IMG/VR virus record: IMGVR_UViG_3300009705_003007
Location: 15,432-79,431 of that record
Reading direction: 5' to 3' (one strand)
DNA length: 64,000 nt
Source: a virus
The notes beneath the pieces are model-generated. The model saw only the letters and a list, made by a program, of their open reading frames with translations. It made no database searches and was not told the origin of the DNA. Below, piece by piece: positions 56,477 through 64,000 of the stretch (positions within the stretch are counted from its first letter, which is position 1; each line of letters begins with the position of its first letter). The position numbers and the translations under genes are program-made.

Positions 56477-58678
56477 TTAAAGAACTTCACATTTACCACC
56501 AGCGCAAGCCCATTCCTGTTCAGGCTTAACGTTATTTTCTTCTTCTGTAACTTCTGTATAATCAACTGGATTGTATTCTCTGTTAAGATCAACCCACTCT
56601 TTCCAGTTGTACACGTCTTTCATACAATAGGTAAGGTTTTTCAAGTCTCCCTCAAAATACTTGTTAGCAAACTTTACACATCTATCGGCCCATTCTTTTT
56701 TGCCGTTACCTTTAACTTTAGCTCCAACACCAAGAATAGAATCGCAAGCAGCCCATAGGTTATCTTCCCATAAATTAAGTGCCACTTCTATTAAACCACT
56801 AACGAACAGCGCAGCGTCTCCGTAGTGACGAACCTGTTCGCTGGGTAAATAGACAGCCGTAAACGGAGCTTGTGGATAGTCTTTGTCTCCAGTAATTGGC
56901 AGTAAAGAAATACCGCAAAAGAATTTTCTGTTTTTAAAGATAAAGCTTTCTACTTCATCCCATTCGTTTGGCTTTACATTTATTGTGTTAGATACATTAT
57001 GTACAAGCCAAGGTTGCGTACATAGAGACTTGTTCGTTCCGGGTATTACCCAGTTTTGTTGTGTGCTTTTTACATGATTTAAAAGAGCTATTGCTTCAAC
57101 TTGGTTTTTTGTTTTTGCTCCAGCTGGAACCTCTACACAAAAAGCTACAACATCATCACTGTCGTTATTAGACCAAACAGATTCTTCACAAGCTCTTGGG
57201 TTTATTTCTTTGAAGTAGTTGTAGATAGGCTCAAGTTTATTAGCTTGAACACGTCTAATATAACGCTTGGCGTGATGAGGATGAATACCAGAGCTAGTCC
57301 CAAGAACGCAACTGCTAGTGCCTTCAGGTTTGATGCAAGTAGTCCTAGCAGCTTGATTGATTCCAATGATTTTAGCGATTCTTTTATTTTCATTTTTAAC
57401 TACCTTTGAGCCTCTCTTTTGTATATCTGGATCTAGACATATCTCATACTGTTCCATCATCCCAGTCATGGATACCCCAAGCAAGGCTTCTCTTTTTACT
57501 ATAGCCTCGCTAACCTCTCCAAGGTATGGAAAGCTGGAAAAGCCAGCCTGTAACGTGCCAATAATCGAAGCTGCCTTGCAAGCGTCTAAGAAATCTTCCT
57601 CTGTCTTAATTTTCGCGCAGTTGATCGTGCTTAAATTACAAGCCTGCCAACCACTTTTTCCCGTTTTTTCATCGACTGGCCACATTCCGATTTCTACACA
57701 TGGATTAACAATCAATTCCGTAGAGTCCGACCAAACAAATCCCGGTTCTCCAAACTCTTTAACAGAGGTCATTAATTCTGAAAACTGTTCTGGTGTTGTC
57801 TTGTCTCTTAATAGAATTGCTGAATTGTTGGATCGTCCACGTTGTGGGTTTTCTACAAACCAAGAGCCTGTTTTGGCTTTAGCCATCTCTTCGTCGTCAG
57901 GACTAAACAAGCAAATTGTTGCGCTACGTCTAACTCCTCCAGATATAACAGCATCAGCACTATACATAACAATATCATACGCTTCGATTGGTTCTAGTCT
58001 TCTTCCTTCGCCGTGACAAAATTCTAGGTTTCTAAGAGTCTTGTCTAAAACCTTCTTGATGTTAGTCAGGGCGTTCTTGAGTGGTTCTGGGCCGGGAGCT
58101 TTTCCACCGCTGGAGTTTAGGAAAGACCCTGCTGGTCTAATTTCTGAGTAATCAAAGGTTACGTTTTTACCTCGGTATTCAGGAAACAACTCGTCTTGTT
58201 CAAAATAGCTAGAGACAAGAACACCAACGGCATCAGACCATCCTTCAATACTATCGGGAATGGTAAACTTCTTTGTTCCGTTTTTTTGTTTGATTAGGTG
58301 AGGGAGTTTTTCAATGTGGTGTTTTTGGACAGAAAATCCAGTACCACAACCACACAATAGTAGATACATACACTCTTGAAAGAACTTTAACCGATCAGTA
58401 TAGGAAGTGATGCAGTTATAAATTCGAGCATTGTGTTTAAAGATTGGCTTACCACCAAACTGCAAAGCTCGTTGAGAACCAAGAACTCGCTTAGTGCGCA
58501 TCATTTCGTATGCCCACTCTATGTCTTCGTGAATTTCTGGGATGTCGAAATATTTATTCAACATCATTTCTTTTACACGCTTAGTCGCCTCGTTCCATGT
58601 TTCTCTTCTTTTCTTTTCTGGTATCCAGCGGGCGTATTTTGCAACAAACGTGTAATCCTGAAGTTCCCTAACTGACAT
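56477..58678 (-). CDS. nrdJ: Class II (adenosylcobalamin-dependent, RTPR-type) ribonucleotide reductase
   Basis: IYNC, GGVRRSA, RSNNS, NPCVEI, ACNL, CIKPEGT; C-terminal CAGGKC; no nrdB adjacent. Confidence 0.85.
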   Translation of the reverse strand: MSVRELQDYTFVAKYARWIPEKKRRETWNEATKRVKEMMLNKYFDIPEIHEDIEWAYEMMRTKRVLGSQRALQFGGKPIFKHNARIYNCITSYTDRLKFFQECMYLLLCGCGTGFSVQKHHIEKLPHLIKQKNGTKKFTIPDSIEGWSDAVGVLVSSYFEQDELFPEYRGKNVTFDYSEIRPAGSFLNSSGGKAPGPEPLKNALTNIKKVLDKTLRNLEFCHGEGRRLEPIEAYDIVMYSADAVISGGVRRSATICLFSPDDEEMAKAKTGSWFVENPQRGRSNNSAILLRDKTTPEQFSELMTSVKEFGEPGFVWSDSTELIVNPCVEIGMWPVDEKTGKSGWQACNLSTINCAKIKTEEDFLDACKAASIIGTLQAGFSSFPYLGEVSEAIVKREALLGVSMTGMMEQYEICLDPDIQKRGSKVVKNENKRIAKIIGINQAARTTCIKPEGTSSCVLGTSSGIHPHHAKRYIRRVQANKLEPIYNYFKEINPRACEESVWSNNDSDDVVAFCVEVPAGAKTKNQVEAIALLNHVKSTQQNWVIPGTNKSLCTQPWLVHNVSNTINVKPNEWDEVESFIFKNRKFFCGISLLPITGDKDYPQAPFTAVYLPSEQVRHYGDAALFVSGLIEVALNLWEDNLWAACDSILGVGAKVKGNGKKEWADRCVKFANKYFEGDLKNLTYCMKDVYNWKEWVDLNREYNPVDYTEVTEEENNVKPEQEWACAGGKCEVL

Positions 58679-58847
58679 CGCTGTTCCTTTTGTCCATCTG
58701 GTAAAAAAATGAGCGACACCGTTTTACCAAGAGATTTGTTAGATTGGTTATTTTTAATAAGTTTAAACTACTATCTTGGTGCAACAATGGCGTGTCGAAA
58801 AAGTGTCGCTCTAGCTCTTTAAAAAGCTTCTTTAAATTCCGACACCC
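58679..58847 (-). ncRNA. Candidate structured 5' leader (attenuator/riboswitch-like) of nrdJ
   Basis: Two GUGUCG and two CGACAC elements with alternative pairings, an ACCAAGA/UCUUGGU stem, and a U7 run before the RBS. Confidence 0.5.
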
Positions 58848-58857
58848 TATTATACAC
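58848..58857 (-). promoter_or_regulatory. Candidate promoter motif GTGTATAATA upstream of the nrdJ leader
   Basis: Identical to the motif at 24392-24401. Confidence 0.5.
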
Positions 58858-59351
58858 TAGAACAACAGAGGCTGCTTCTGATTTTCTTTAGCTTCTATTA
58901 GTTCGTTCAAGTAAGACTTCTTTGGGGTGATACGTTCAAGCTTCAAACCATTATCAACCAGATGATTGTAAACAATTTCATCTTCCTCTGAATGACTTTT
59001 AACGCTACGACCCTCTGGCACTTTCCACAATCTGATATTATTTTGCCATAATAATTTTGCACACCCACCACACGGCACATGCGTTACGTAAGCGATTATA
59101 CTTCCTTTCGGTTTAATAATCATGTTGCTGATGGCGTTTTCTTCAGCGTGAACCATATATGGGTATTTATACGGTCTAGAAACAGGCAAAGAGTCTTCTA
59201 TGACACCAGAGCAGAATCCATTATATCCGACACTAATGATTCTGTTTTCGTAAACAAGAACACAACCCACTTTTGTTTCTGAGTCGTGACTGCGGGTTGC
59301 TGCTAGAAAGGCAAACTGAGAAAAATATTCATCCCATGTCGGTCGTTCCAT
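58857..59351 (-). CDS. dCMP deaminase
   Basis: RPTWDEYF, KVGCVL, GYNG, HAEENAI, PCGGC. Confidence 0.88.
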   Translation of the reverse strand: MERPTWDEYFSQFAFLAATRSHDSETKVGCVLVYENRIISVGYNGFCSGVIEDSLPVSRPYKYPYMVHAEENAISNMIIKPKGSIIAYVTHVPCGGCAKLLWQNNIRLWKVPEGRSVKSHSEEDEIVYNHLVDNGLKLERITPKKSYLNELIEAKENQKQPLLF

Positions 59352-59364
59352 AATCTTGTCTCGT

Positions 59365-59553
59365 TTACTTTTTTTTCTTACTGTTTTGCTCATCTTTATA
59401 GTTTGGGTGAACCCAAACCATTTCAGATCCACGAACGTAGGCTATCATTTTACGACCGTTCTCAATTTCCGGCAATACCCAAGCCCTTCTATTGTCAGAA
59501 ATTTCTAATTTTTCAGCTCCGTTTTTTTGAGCCATCTCTTCGTTAAAACTCAT
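59365..59553 (-). CDS. Small hypothetical protein
   Basis: ATGA overlap with the upstream gene; fills the gap. Confidence 0.5.
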   Translation of the reverse strand: MSFNEEMAQKNGAEKLEISDNRRAWVLPEIENGRKMIAYVRGSEMVWVHPNYKDEQNSKKKK

Positions 59554-60476
59554 TCTAAGATCTCCAGTCCATGAATTGCGTGTCTTATATCTTTTTCCAA
59601 AACGATTTCTTTTTCAAACTTTTTTTGTTTCATATCATAAATCAGCAGTCTTGCTGGAGACGACCCAATAATCATTTTGTCTCCCCGTGTAGCAAGACCT
59701 CTATTCCAGTTATTGACGGCTATGTCGTCCACTTGGTAGGTAACGTTTTTGGAGCGAGGTATATCAATAACATCCCATCCAAAAGAACCTCCTTTGCGAA
59801 AAAACCCAACGCTACTGAAGGTCGTTAGGTTTGCCGTGAACGTGTCTTCGTGTTCGTAAAAATTATGAACAAAGCTGTTTTGATATCTTTTGTTTACTGG
59901 GATTGAGCAAATCTCATTCATTGTCTCAAAATCATAAAGAGGGGTAAGAAGCCCAGCAACCCTAAGCCTACCGTCGTGAACAGAAATAGAATTTATATGA
60001 TAATTGTCATTCTCTGTCTTGGTCTCTGGGGTAATTTCTTTCTTTCCCGTCAACTCTTTAGCCGATAAAACGTTTCTGCCTTCTAGTTCCCAAAAACCTT
60101 TTACGTTAAAATCTAAATCCATTTTAACAACAGCGTCATGGGCAGTAGATGTTACCCATATGTGATCATCATGAAACGCTATCTCGTGAATACTTTTAAA
60201 GTAATCTTTATTCTGATGCGTTCTTTTTATTTCATACGTGTCTTTATCTAACTCGATAAAGCCAGCAGAGTCAGCAACGATAATGCGGTCACTAAGAACA
60301 GCAACGCCACGAAGACCTCGCTCCCCACCTCTTTCATTATCGTTAATAAAATCTTTTTCATAGGGCTTATAGTAGACAGTCTCTTCGGTTTCTATATCTA
60401 TAACGTATAGACCACCGTGGATGCCTCCTTGTTTAGCCGCTCGCACGACTGTACTGCAAATGATCTTCACGTTCAA
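59550..60476 (-). CDS. Beta-propeller protein (DUF4915/TIGR03032-like)
   Basis: RGLRG, SIHEI, WVTST, HINS, VHN, NRGLA, IIGSS blade-like repeats. Confidence 0.55.
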   Translation of the reverse strand: MNVKIICSTVVRAAKQGGIHGGLYVIDIETEETVYYKPYEKDFINDNERGGERGLRGVAVLSDRIIVADSAGFIELDKDTYEIKRTHQNKDYFKSIHEIAFHDDHIWVTSTAHDAVVKMDLDFNVKGFWELEGRNVLSAKELTGKKEITPETKTENDNYHINSISVHDGRLRVAGLLTPLYDFETMNEICSIPVNKRYQNSFVHNFYEHEDTFTANLTTFSSVGFFRKGGSFGWDVIDIPRSKNVTYQVDDIAVNNWNRGLATRGDKMIIGSSPARLLIYDMKQKKFEKEIVLEKDIRHAIHGLEILE

Positions 60477-61320
60477 ATCTCGTTATAAATTCTTGATATG
60501 GTTTTGATATATGTCTAAAGTCAAAAAAATCATAACTAATAGTATATCCAGAAAGATACCTATCGTTTAGTGCAAAATCAGAAACCCCAAAATCAGAGTC
60601 TCCAGAAACCCGTTTTGCAGAATTAGTTATCGCAACACTATATTCTGGACAGGCCATGTTTGGCGGTATAAACCCTGAGAAAGCACCCATGTATAGATTG
60701 TCCTGAAGATTCTTTTCAAAATTTTCAATTGAATCTATAGAAGTTCTTTCTAGTATGAAATTTATCAGCTTTGTTGTGTAGATATGACCATTGTGAGAAA
60801 ATGGCATGGCGAAATTAGTAAAAGGTTTTACCAAAGAGGCATCCCATAACATAAAATCATCTAGTACAAACTCTCCAGACTCTGGTTTATGAATAAAGTA
60901 ATCATTTGCACTATATGCGTTTTGTATTACGGTATTGTTGCCAATCCTAAGAGACAGGGCAGATATATCATTTGTTCTGAATAGCTCCATTATCTTTGTG
61001 TACGAAGCTAGTCTATCGAACATGATATTTTCATCGTTAAACACGCATGTTAAATCTCTATATGGATTTAGATGCTCCATGATATCGAGACTTATGTTTT
61101 CGTGTTCTCTTCGGAACCATTTTATTGGGAAGTCAACACCGTATCTATCTTTATAGAAAAAGAACTCTCGTGTTTTCTCGTAGCCTTCTTCAAAAACAAC
61201 AGTGGAGGCTTCGTATATAACCCTTATGTCAAATAGATTTCCTCCGTTTTTTTGAAGGCTTTCTATAAGCAAGTGAAGCTGAGAAGCTTTATCTTTTGAT
61301 AGAATTATTGCTGTTATCAT
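60433..61320 (-). CDS. Glycosyltransferase-like (GT-A) protein
   Basis: IILSKDKASQLHLLIESL, FNDENIM, SLRIG, FSHNGHIY. Confidence 0.55.
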   Translation of the reverse strand: MITAIILSKDKASQLHLLIESLQKNGGNLFDIRVIYEASTVVFEEGYEKTREFFFYKDRYGVDFPIKWFRREHENISLDIMEHLNPYRDLTCVFNDENIMFDRLASYTKIMELFRTNDISALSLRIGNNTVIQNAYSANDYFIHKPESGEFVLDDFMLWDASLVKPFTNFAMPFSHNGHIYTTKLINFILERTSIDSIENFEKNLQDNLYMGAFSGFIPPNMACPEYSVAITNSAKRVSGDSDFGVSDFALNDRYLSGYTISYDFFDFRHISKPYQEFITRFEREDHLQYSRASG

Positions 61321-62288
61321 CTGACCAAAATGGAATCTTCGGATACATAATTAGGCATTAAGTTTTCGTTGTGCCATTGTATAGTTCTTTCAAGACCTTC
61401 TTGCATGTCTACCCTTGGAACCCAACCAAGCTCTTTTTTAATTAAAGAGATGTCTAGGAATGTTCTTTCTTTTGTGTCTAAGTCTGTTTCAATCCAATCC
61501 ACTTTTCCTTGGTATCCCATAATCTCGGCAACTTTTGCGTGTAGACTGCGAATAGATATGTCGCTACCTTGAGATGCGTTGTAGGTATTTGAAACTTCTG
61601 AATATTCAATAGCATGATATATAGCTTTTACTGCGTCGTCGATATAAATAAAATCTCTGGAGGATTTATTGGTAGCTTCTATTTTCAAACCCTCTCCTTC
61701 TTTATGCGCGAGCGCTATGTTGGATATAACATTTTCGATGATGAAATTTCTTCTTGGGTTAAACCTACTTCTTGGCCCGTATACTTCTGGGAAAATCAAG
61801 TTGATCCCAATGAAGTCTTCAAACTGTGTACTGAAAGCCATGTTTAATTCCATCATGACTTTTGCAGCGTTTCCGTAATATCGTTTATTCCAATAAGGCG
61901 AACCTTCCCACAGATCCTTTTCTTTATATGGAAGTATTTGACGCTCTGGATAACAAGAAGAATCCCAAGCCATTATGAATTTTTTACAACCACTCCTTCT
62001 TGCTTCTTCGAGAATCTTTGTGGTTACGAAAATATTTTCATACATCATGCCTGCTGGATAATCTAGGCAGTTTTCTTTACTGGGTAGTCTAGTGGCTAAA
62101 TGAACGACCACTTCTGGGTTAAGATCAAAAGCCCACGCGACTGTTGCGTCCTCACCTAAATCAATACCCTCTTTAGTTCCGGCAAGTGCGTGAACTTCGC
62201 TAAAGCCCTGTTCAGCTAGATAGGAGCCTAACTCTTTTCCAATTCGTCCTTGGCCGCCTGTTATAAGTATCTTGGTTTTTTTATCCAT
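61317..62288 (-). CDS. Second GDP-fucose-synthase-like NAD-dependent epimerase/reductase
   Basis: TGGQGRIG, HLA, SSCYP, VYGP, RDFIYIDD, YNASQG. Confidence 0.75.
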   Translation of the reverse strand: MDKKTKILITGGQGRIGKELGSYLAEQGFSEVHALAGTKEGIDLGEDATVAWAFDLNPEVVVHLATRLPSKENCLDYPAGMMYENIFVTTKILEEARRSGCKKFIMAWDSSCYPERQILPYKEKDLWEGSPYWNKRYYGNAAKVMMELNMAFSTQFEDFIGINLIFPEVYGPRSRFNPRRNFIIENVISNIALAHKEGEGLKIEATNKSSRDFIYIDDAVKAIYHAIEYSEVSNTYNASQGSDISIRSLHAKVAEIMGYQGKVDWIETDLDTKERTFLDISLIKKELGWVPRVDMQEGLERTIQWHNENLMPNYVSEDSILVR

Positions 62289-62580
62289 TAAACTCATCTA
62301 AAAATTGAACTAATTCTTCTGAAGACATATTGTTTGCGCGCTTTTGGATAGAGTGGTTCTCGTCCATAATAACGATAGTGGGGTATTTCTCTATATCAAA
62401 TTCTTCCACTAGGTGTCTATTCTGCGGCTTACTACAAACCACATAGGCTGGTTTCTTGCCGTGGTATTTTCCCACAGAAGTTACTACATGTTGATCTGTC
62501 CAAACATTATTTTTCATGTTCTTGCAATGAGGACACCACTCAGCCATGAACACTACTACTTGATATTTATTTTTATTCAT
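62281..62580 (-). CDS. Thioredoxin-fold protein, WCPHC active site
   Basis: FMAEWCPHCK...KYPT. Confidence 0.85.
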   Translation of the reverse strand: MNKNKYQVVVFMAEWCPHCKNMKNNVWTDQHVVTSVGKYHGKKPAYVVCSKPQNRHLVEEFDIEKYPTIVIMDENHSIQKRANNMSSEELVQFLDEFNG

Positions 62581-62581
62581 T

Positions 62582-62860
62582 TTAGCTTAAAAATTTAAGT
62601 GTTTGATTGACATCCATAGTACTGCCAGCTTTGACGGGAATACCTTTTTGGTCAACAATGTAAATCATTGGAACAGCATTAACTTTATAAGTCATTGCCA
62701 TTTGCCGACTGTCAGGATCGTCTATGTCTATAAAGCTAACAGAATCAAAATTATTTAGCTTTTCTTTTACGATTGACTCTTCCCAGACATTGGCTTTCAT
62801 CATCCTACAAGGGCCACACCATGTTGCAGAAAATACTAAAAGGTGTTTTTCTTTTTCCAT
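62582..62860 (-). CDS. Thioredoxin, WCGPC active site
   Basis: FSATWCGPC...AVP. Confidence 0.88.
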   Translation of the reverse strand: MEKEKHLLVFSATWCGPCRMMKANVWEESIVKEKLNNFDSVSFIDIDDPDSRQMAMTYKVNAVPMIYIVDQKGIPVKAGSTMDVNQTLKFLS

Positions 62861-62881
62861 AAATTATACCATCCAAATAAG

Positions 62882-62914
62882 ACAACGACCCACCTATAAA
62901 AGGTGAGTCGCTGT
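62882..62914 (-). terminator. Intergenic hairpin, probable terminator
   Basis: On the - strand, ACAGCGACUCACCU / AGGUGGGUCGUUGU forms 14 bp with two G-U pairs (these would be A-C mismatches on +), followed by CUUAUUU. Confidence 0.65.
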
Positions 62915-62935
62915 TATTATAAACTATTAAAGGTT

Positions 62936-63124
62936 TTATTCCGTGACTCGAAGACTGTCGCCAACGATCCACGCTCCAGCAAGTAGAGTAACCATTTGAA
63001 CTGTCTCTGGGTTTATTGTACCTTCACCAAAAAGGCCATCAGCACAAATAACAATCATTCCAGCTACACCAACCCAAAACCGACGACTATCAATAAGCGT
63101 CTTAAGTTTCGCTACTAACATCAC
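62936..63124 (-). CDS. Small two-TM holin-like protein
   Basis: SRRFW motif followed by two hydrophobic segments; GGAG RBS. Confidence 0.45.
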   Translation of the reverse strand: MMLVAKLKTLIDSRRFWVGVAGMIVICADGLFGEGTINPETVQMVTLLAGAWIVGDSLRVTE

Positions 63125-63144
63125 TTACTCCTATCCTAAAAAAT

Positions 63145-63429
63145 TTAAAAAAAACTCTTCACTTTTTCTACTACGTCACCAAGGCCACCAATGCCGCCAC
63201 TTGATATTACAAAATATGCAACTAGTGCAATTCCTATTAAGAACACTAGCCACTTTCTTTTGGCCGCAACAGCATAAGCCTTAGCTGTAACTTCTCTAAT
63301 TTTCTCAAGTTTGTAATTTCGTTTGCTTTCTTTTTTGTCTTCTTTGCCAGATGTTTTTTCATCTTTATTTTCAGATTTAAGCCGTCTCTTTTCTAAAATC
63401 TCACTTAATCTGTTACTGCTTTTAGCCAT
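63145..63429 (-). CDS. Small membrane protein (basic N-terminus, one TM)
   Basis: Hydrophobic segment WLVFLIGIALVAYFVIS. Confidence 0.6.
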   Translation of the reverse strand: MAKSSNRLSEILEKRRLKSENKDEKTSGKEDKKESKRNYKLEKIREVTAKAYAVAAKRKWLVFLIGIALVAYFVISSGGIGGLGDVVEKVKSFF

Positions 63430-63439
63430 GACTAACCTT

Positions 63440-64000
63440 TTATTTTTTCCAACCCTCTAGGATAAACCTAAGAGAGTTTCTACCTAATATATTACTTATT
63501 GTACCATGAGAGTACCTATCTGTGTCAATACCACTCTTTAAACACGAGAGATATCTAGTCAGTCTAGGAAGTTCTGATATATCCGTTATCTCGTCTGGAG
63601 GATCAGTAAACCCATCAAAGTCAGTTCCTATAGCTAATACTTCATCGCCAGCTATGTTTATTATATGGTCTATTGTTCTCTCTATGTGTTTTAAACCAAG
63701 TCCAGAGTCTATTGGGCTTAACCAGTAGTTCATAAAAATGATACCTATTAGACAGTTGTGGTCTGCTAACCATTTTATTTCCCAGTCTTGTAAGTTTAAC
63801 GGGTCTGGGTTTATGGCAAAAGCGCCAATATGACTAGCAACAACCCTTGATAAATCATTACCAACAATCTCGTAAACATCCTGTCTAGCTTTAGGTGTAC
63901 AGTGGGTTATGTCTATAAGCATACCCATATCCTTCATAGATTGCACAACGCTTTTTCCAATTGATGTCAATCCTTTGTTCATGTCCCATCCAGCCATTAG
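63440..64000 (-). CDS. Membrane dipeptidase family (peptidase M19), C-terminal part; gene runs off the window
   Basis: GLTSIG...LIDITH, VASH, NLQD, IGTDFDG, ILGRN. Frame is open to base 64000. Confidence 0.8.
   Translation of the reverse strand, partial: LMAGWDMNKGLTSIGKSVVQSMKDMGMLIDITHCTPKARQDVYEIVGNDLSRVVASHIGAFAINPDPLNLQDWEIKWLADHNCLIGIIFMNYWLSPIDSGLGLKHIERTIDHIINIAGDEVLAIGTDFDGFTDPPDEITDISELPRLTRYLSCLKSGIDTDRYSHGTISNILGRNSLRFILEGWKK

Noticed and set aside
57357-58016. 219-aa + strand ORF, and the many other short ORFs opposite or inside long genes
   Set aside because: Antisense or alternate-frame shadows of well-supported genes (here nrdJ), with no recognisable motifs.
58668-58859. Frame stays open for about 60 codons past the dCMP deaminase TAG, suggesting stop recoding or readthrough
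   Set aside because: Other genes end normally at TAG and the very long ORFs need no recoding. The peptide has no recognisable features, and RNA structure explains the region better.
62863-62871. TGGTATAAT extended -10 before the thioredoxin
   Set aside because: It lies only 2 nt from the ATG, too close for a normal start site, so it was not called.
1-64000. tRNA, rRNA, IS elements, integrase
   Set aside because: None recognised. The few intergenic gaps are short and were inspected by eye only.

Overview
The window reads as part of a large dsDNA bacteriophage genome (inference). Support: near-continuous overlapping ORFs, standard genetic code, no rRNA, tRNA or CRISPR seen, and a phage-type replication and nucleotide gene set. 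It has two convergent arms meeting at a terminator near 25.17 kb. The + arm (1-25144) encodes putative virion/tail proteins, including 2026-aa and 3690-aa Cys-rich giants. These are built from short Cys-Cys-Trp modules that appear to be inserted recursively inside one another and inside conserved scaffold domains. The - arm (25176-64000) encodes a ~13-kb glycosylation cluster, a small sigma factor, SSB, and a DnaE polymerase split into two intein-free genes with a DEDDh exonuclease between them. It also encodes a Cas4/RecB-like nuclease, dNMP kinase, primase, DnaB, RecA, PhoH, dUTPase, a class II RNR with a structured 5' leader, dCMP deaminase, two thioredoxins (one with PDI/DsbA-like motifs), holin-like membrane proteins and an M19 dipeptidase. 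The best candidate for a novel system is the nested Cys-module giant virion proteins, possibly served by a phage-encoded thiol oxidase/isomerase and glycosylation machinery. The split polymerase operon and the nrdJ leader are the other strong leads. All calls come from motif recognition by eye; no searches were run.
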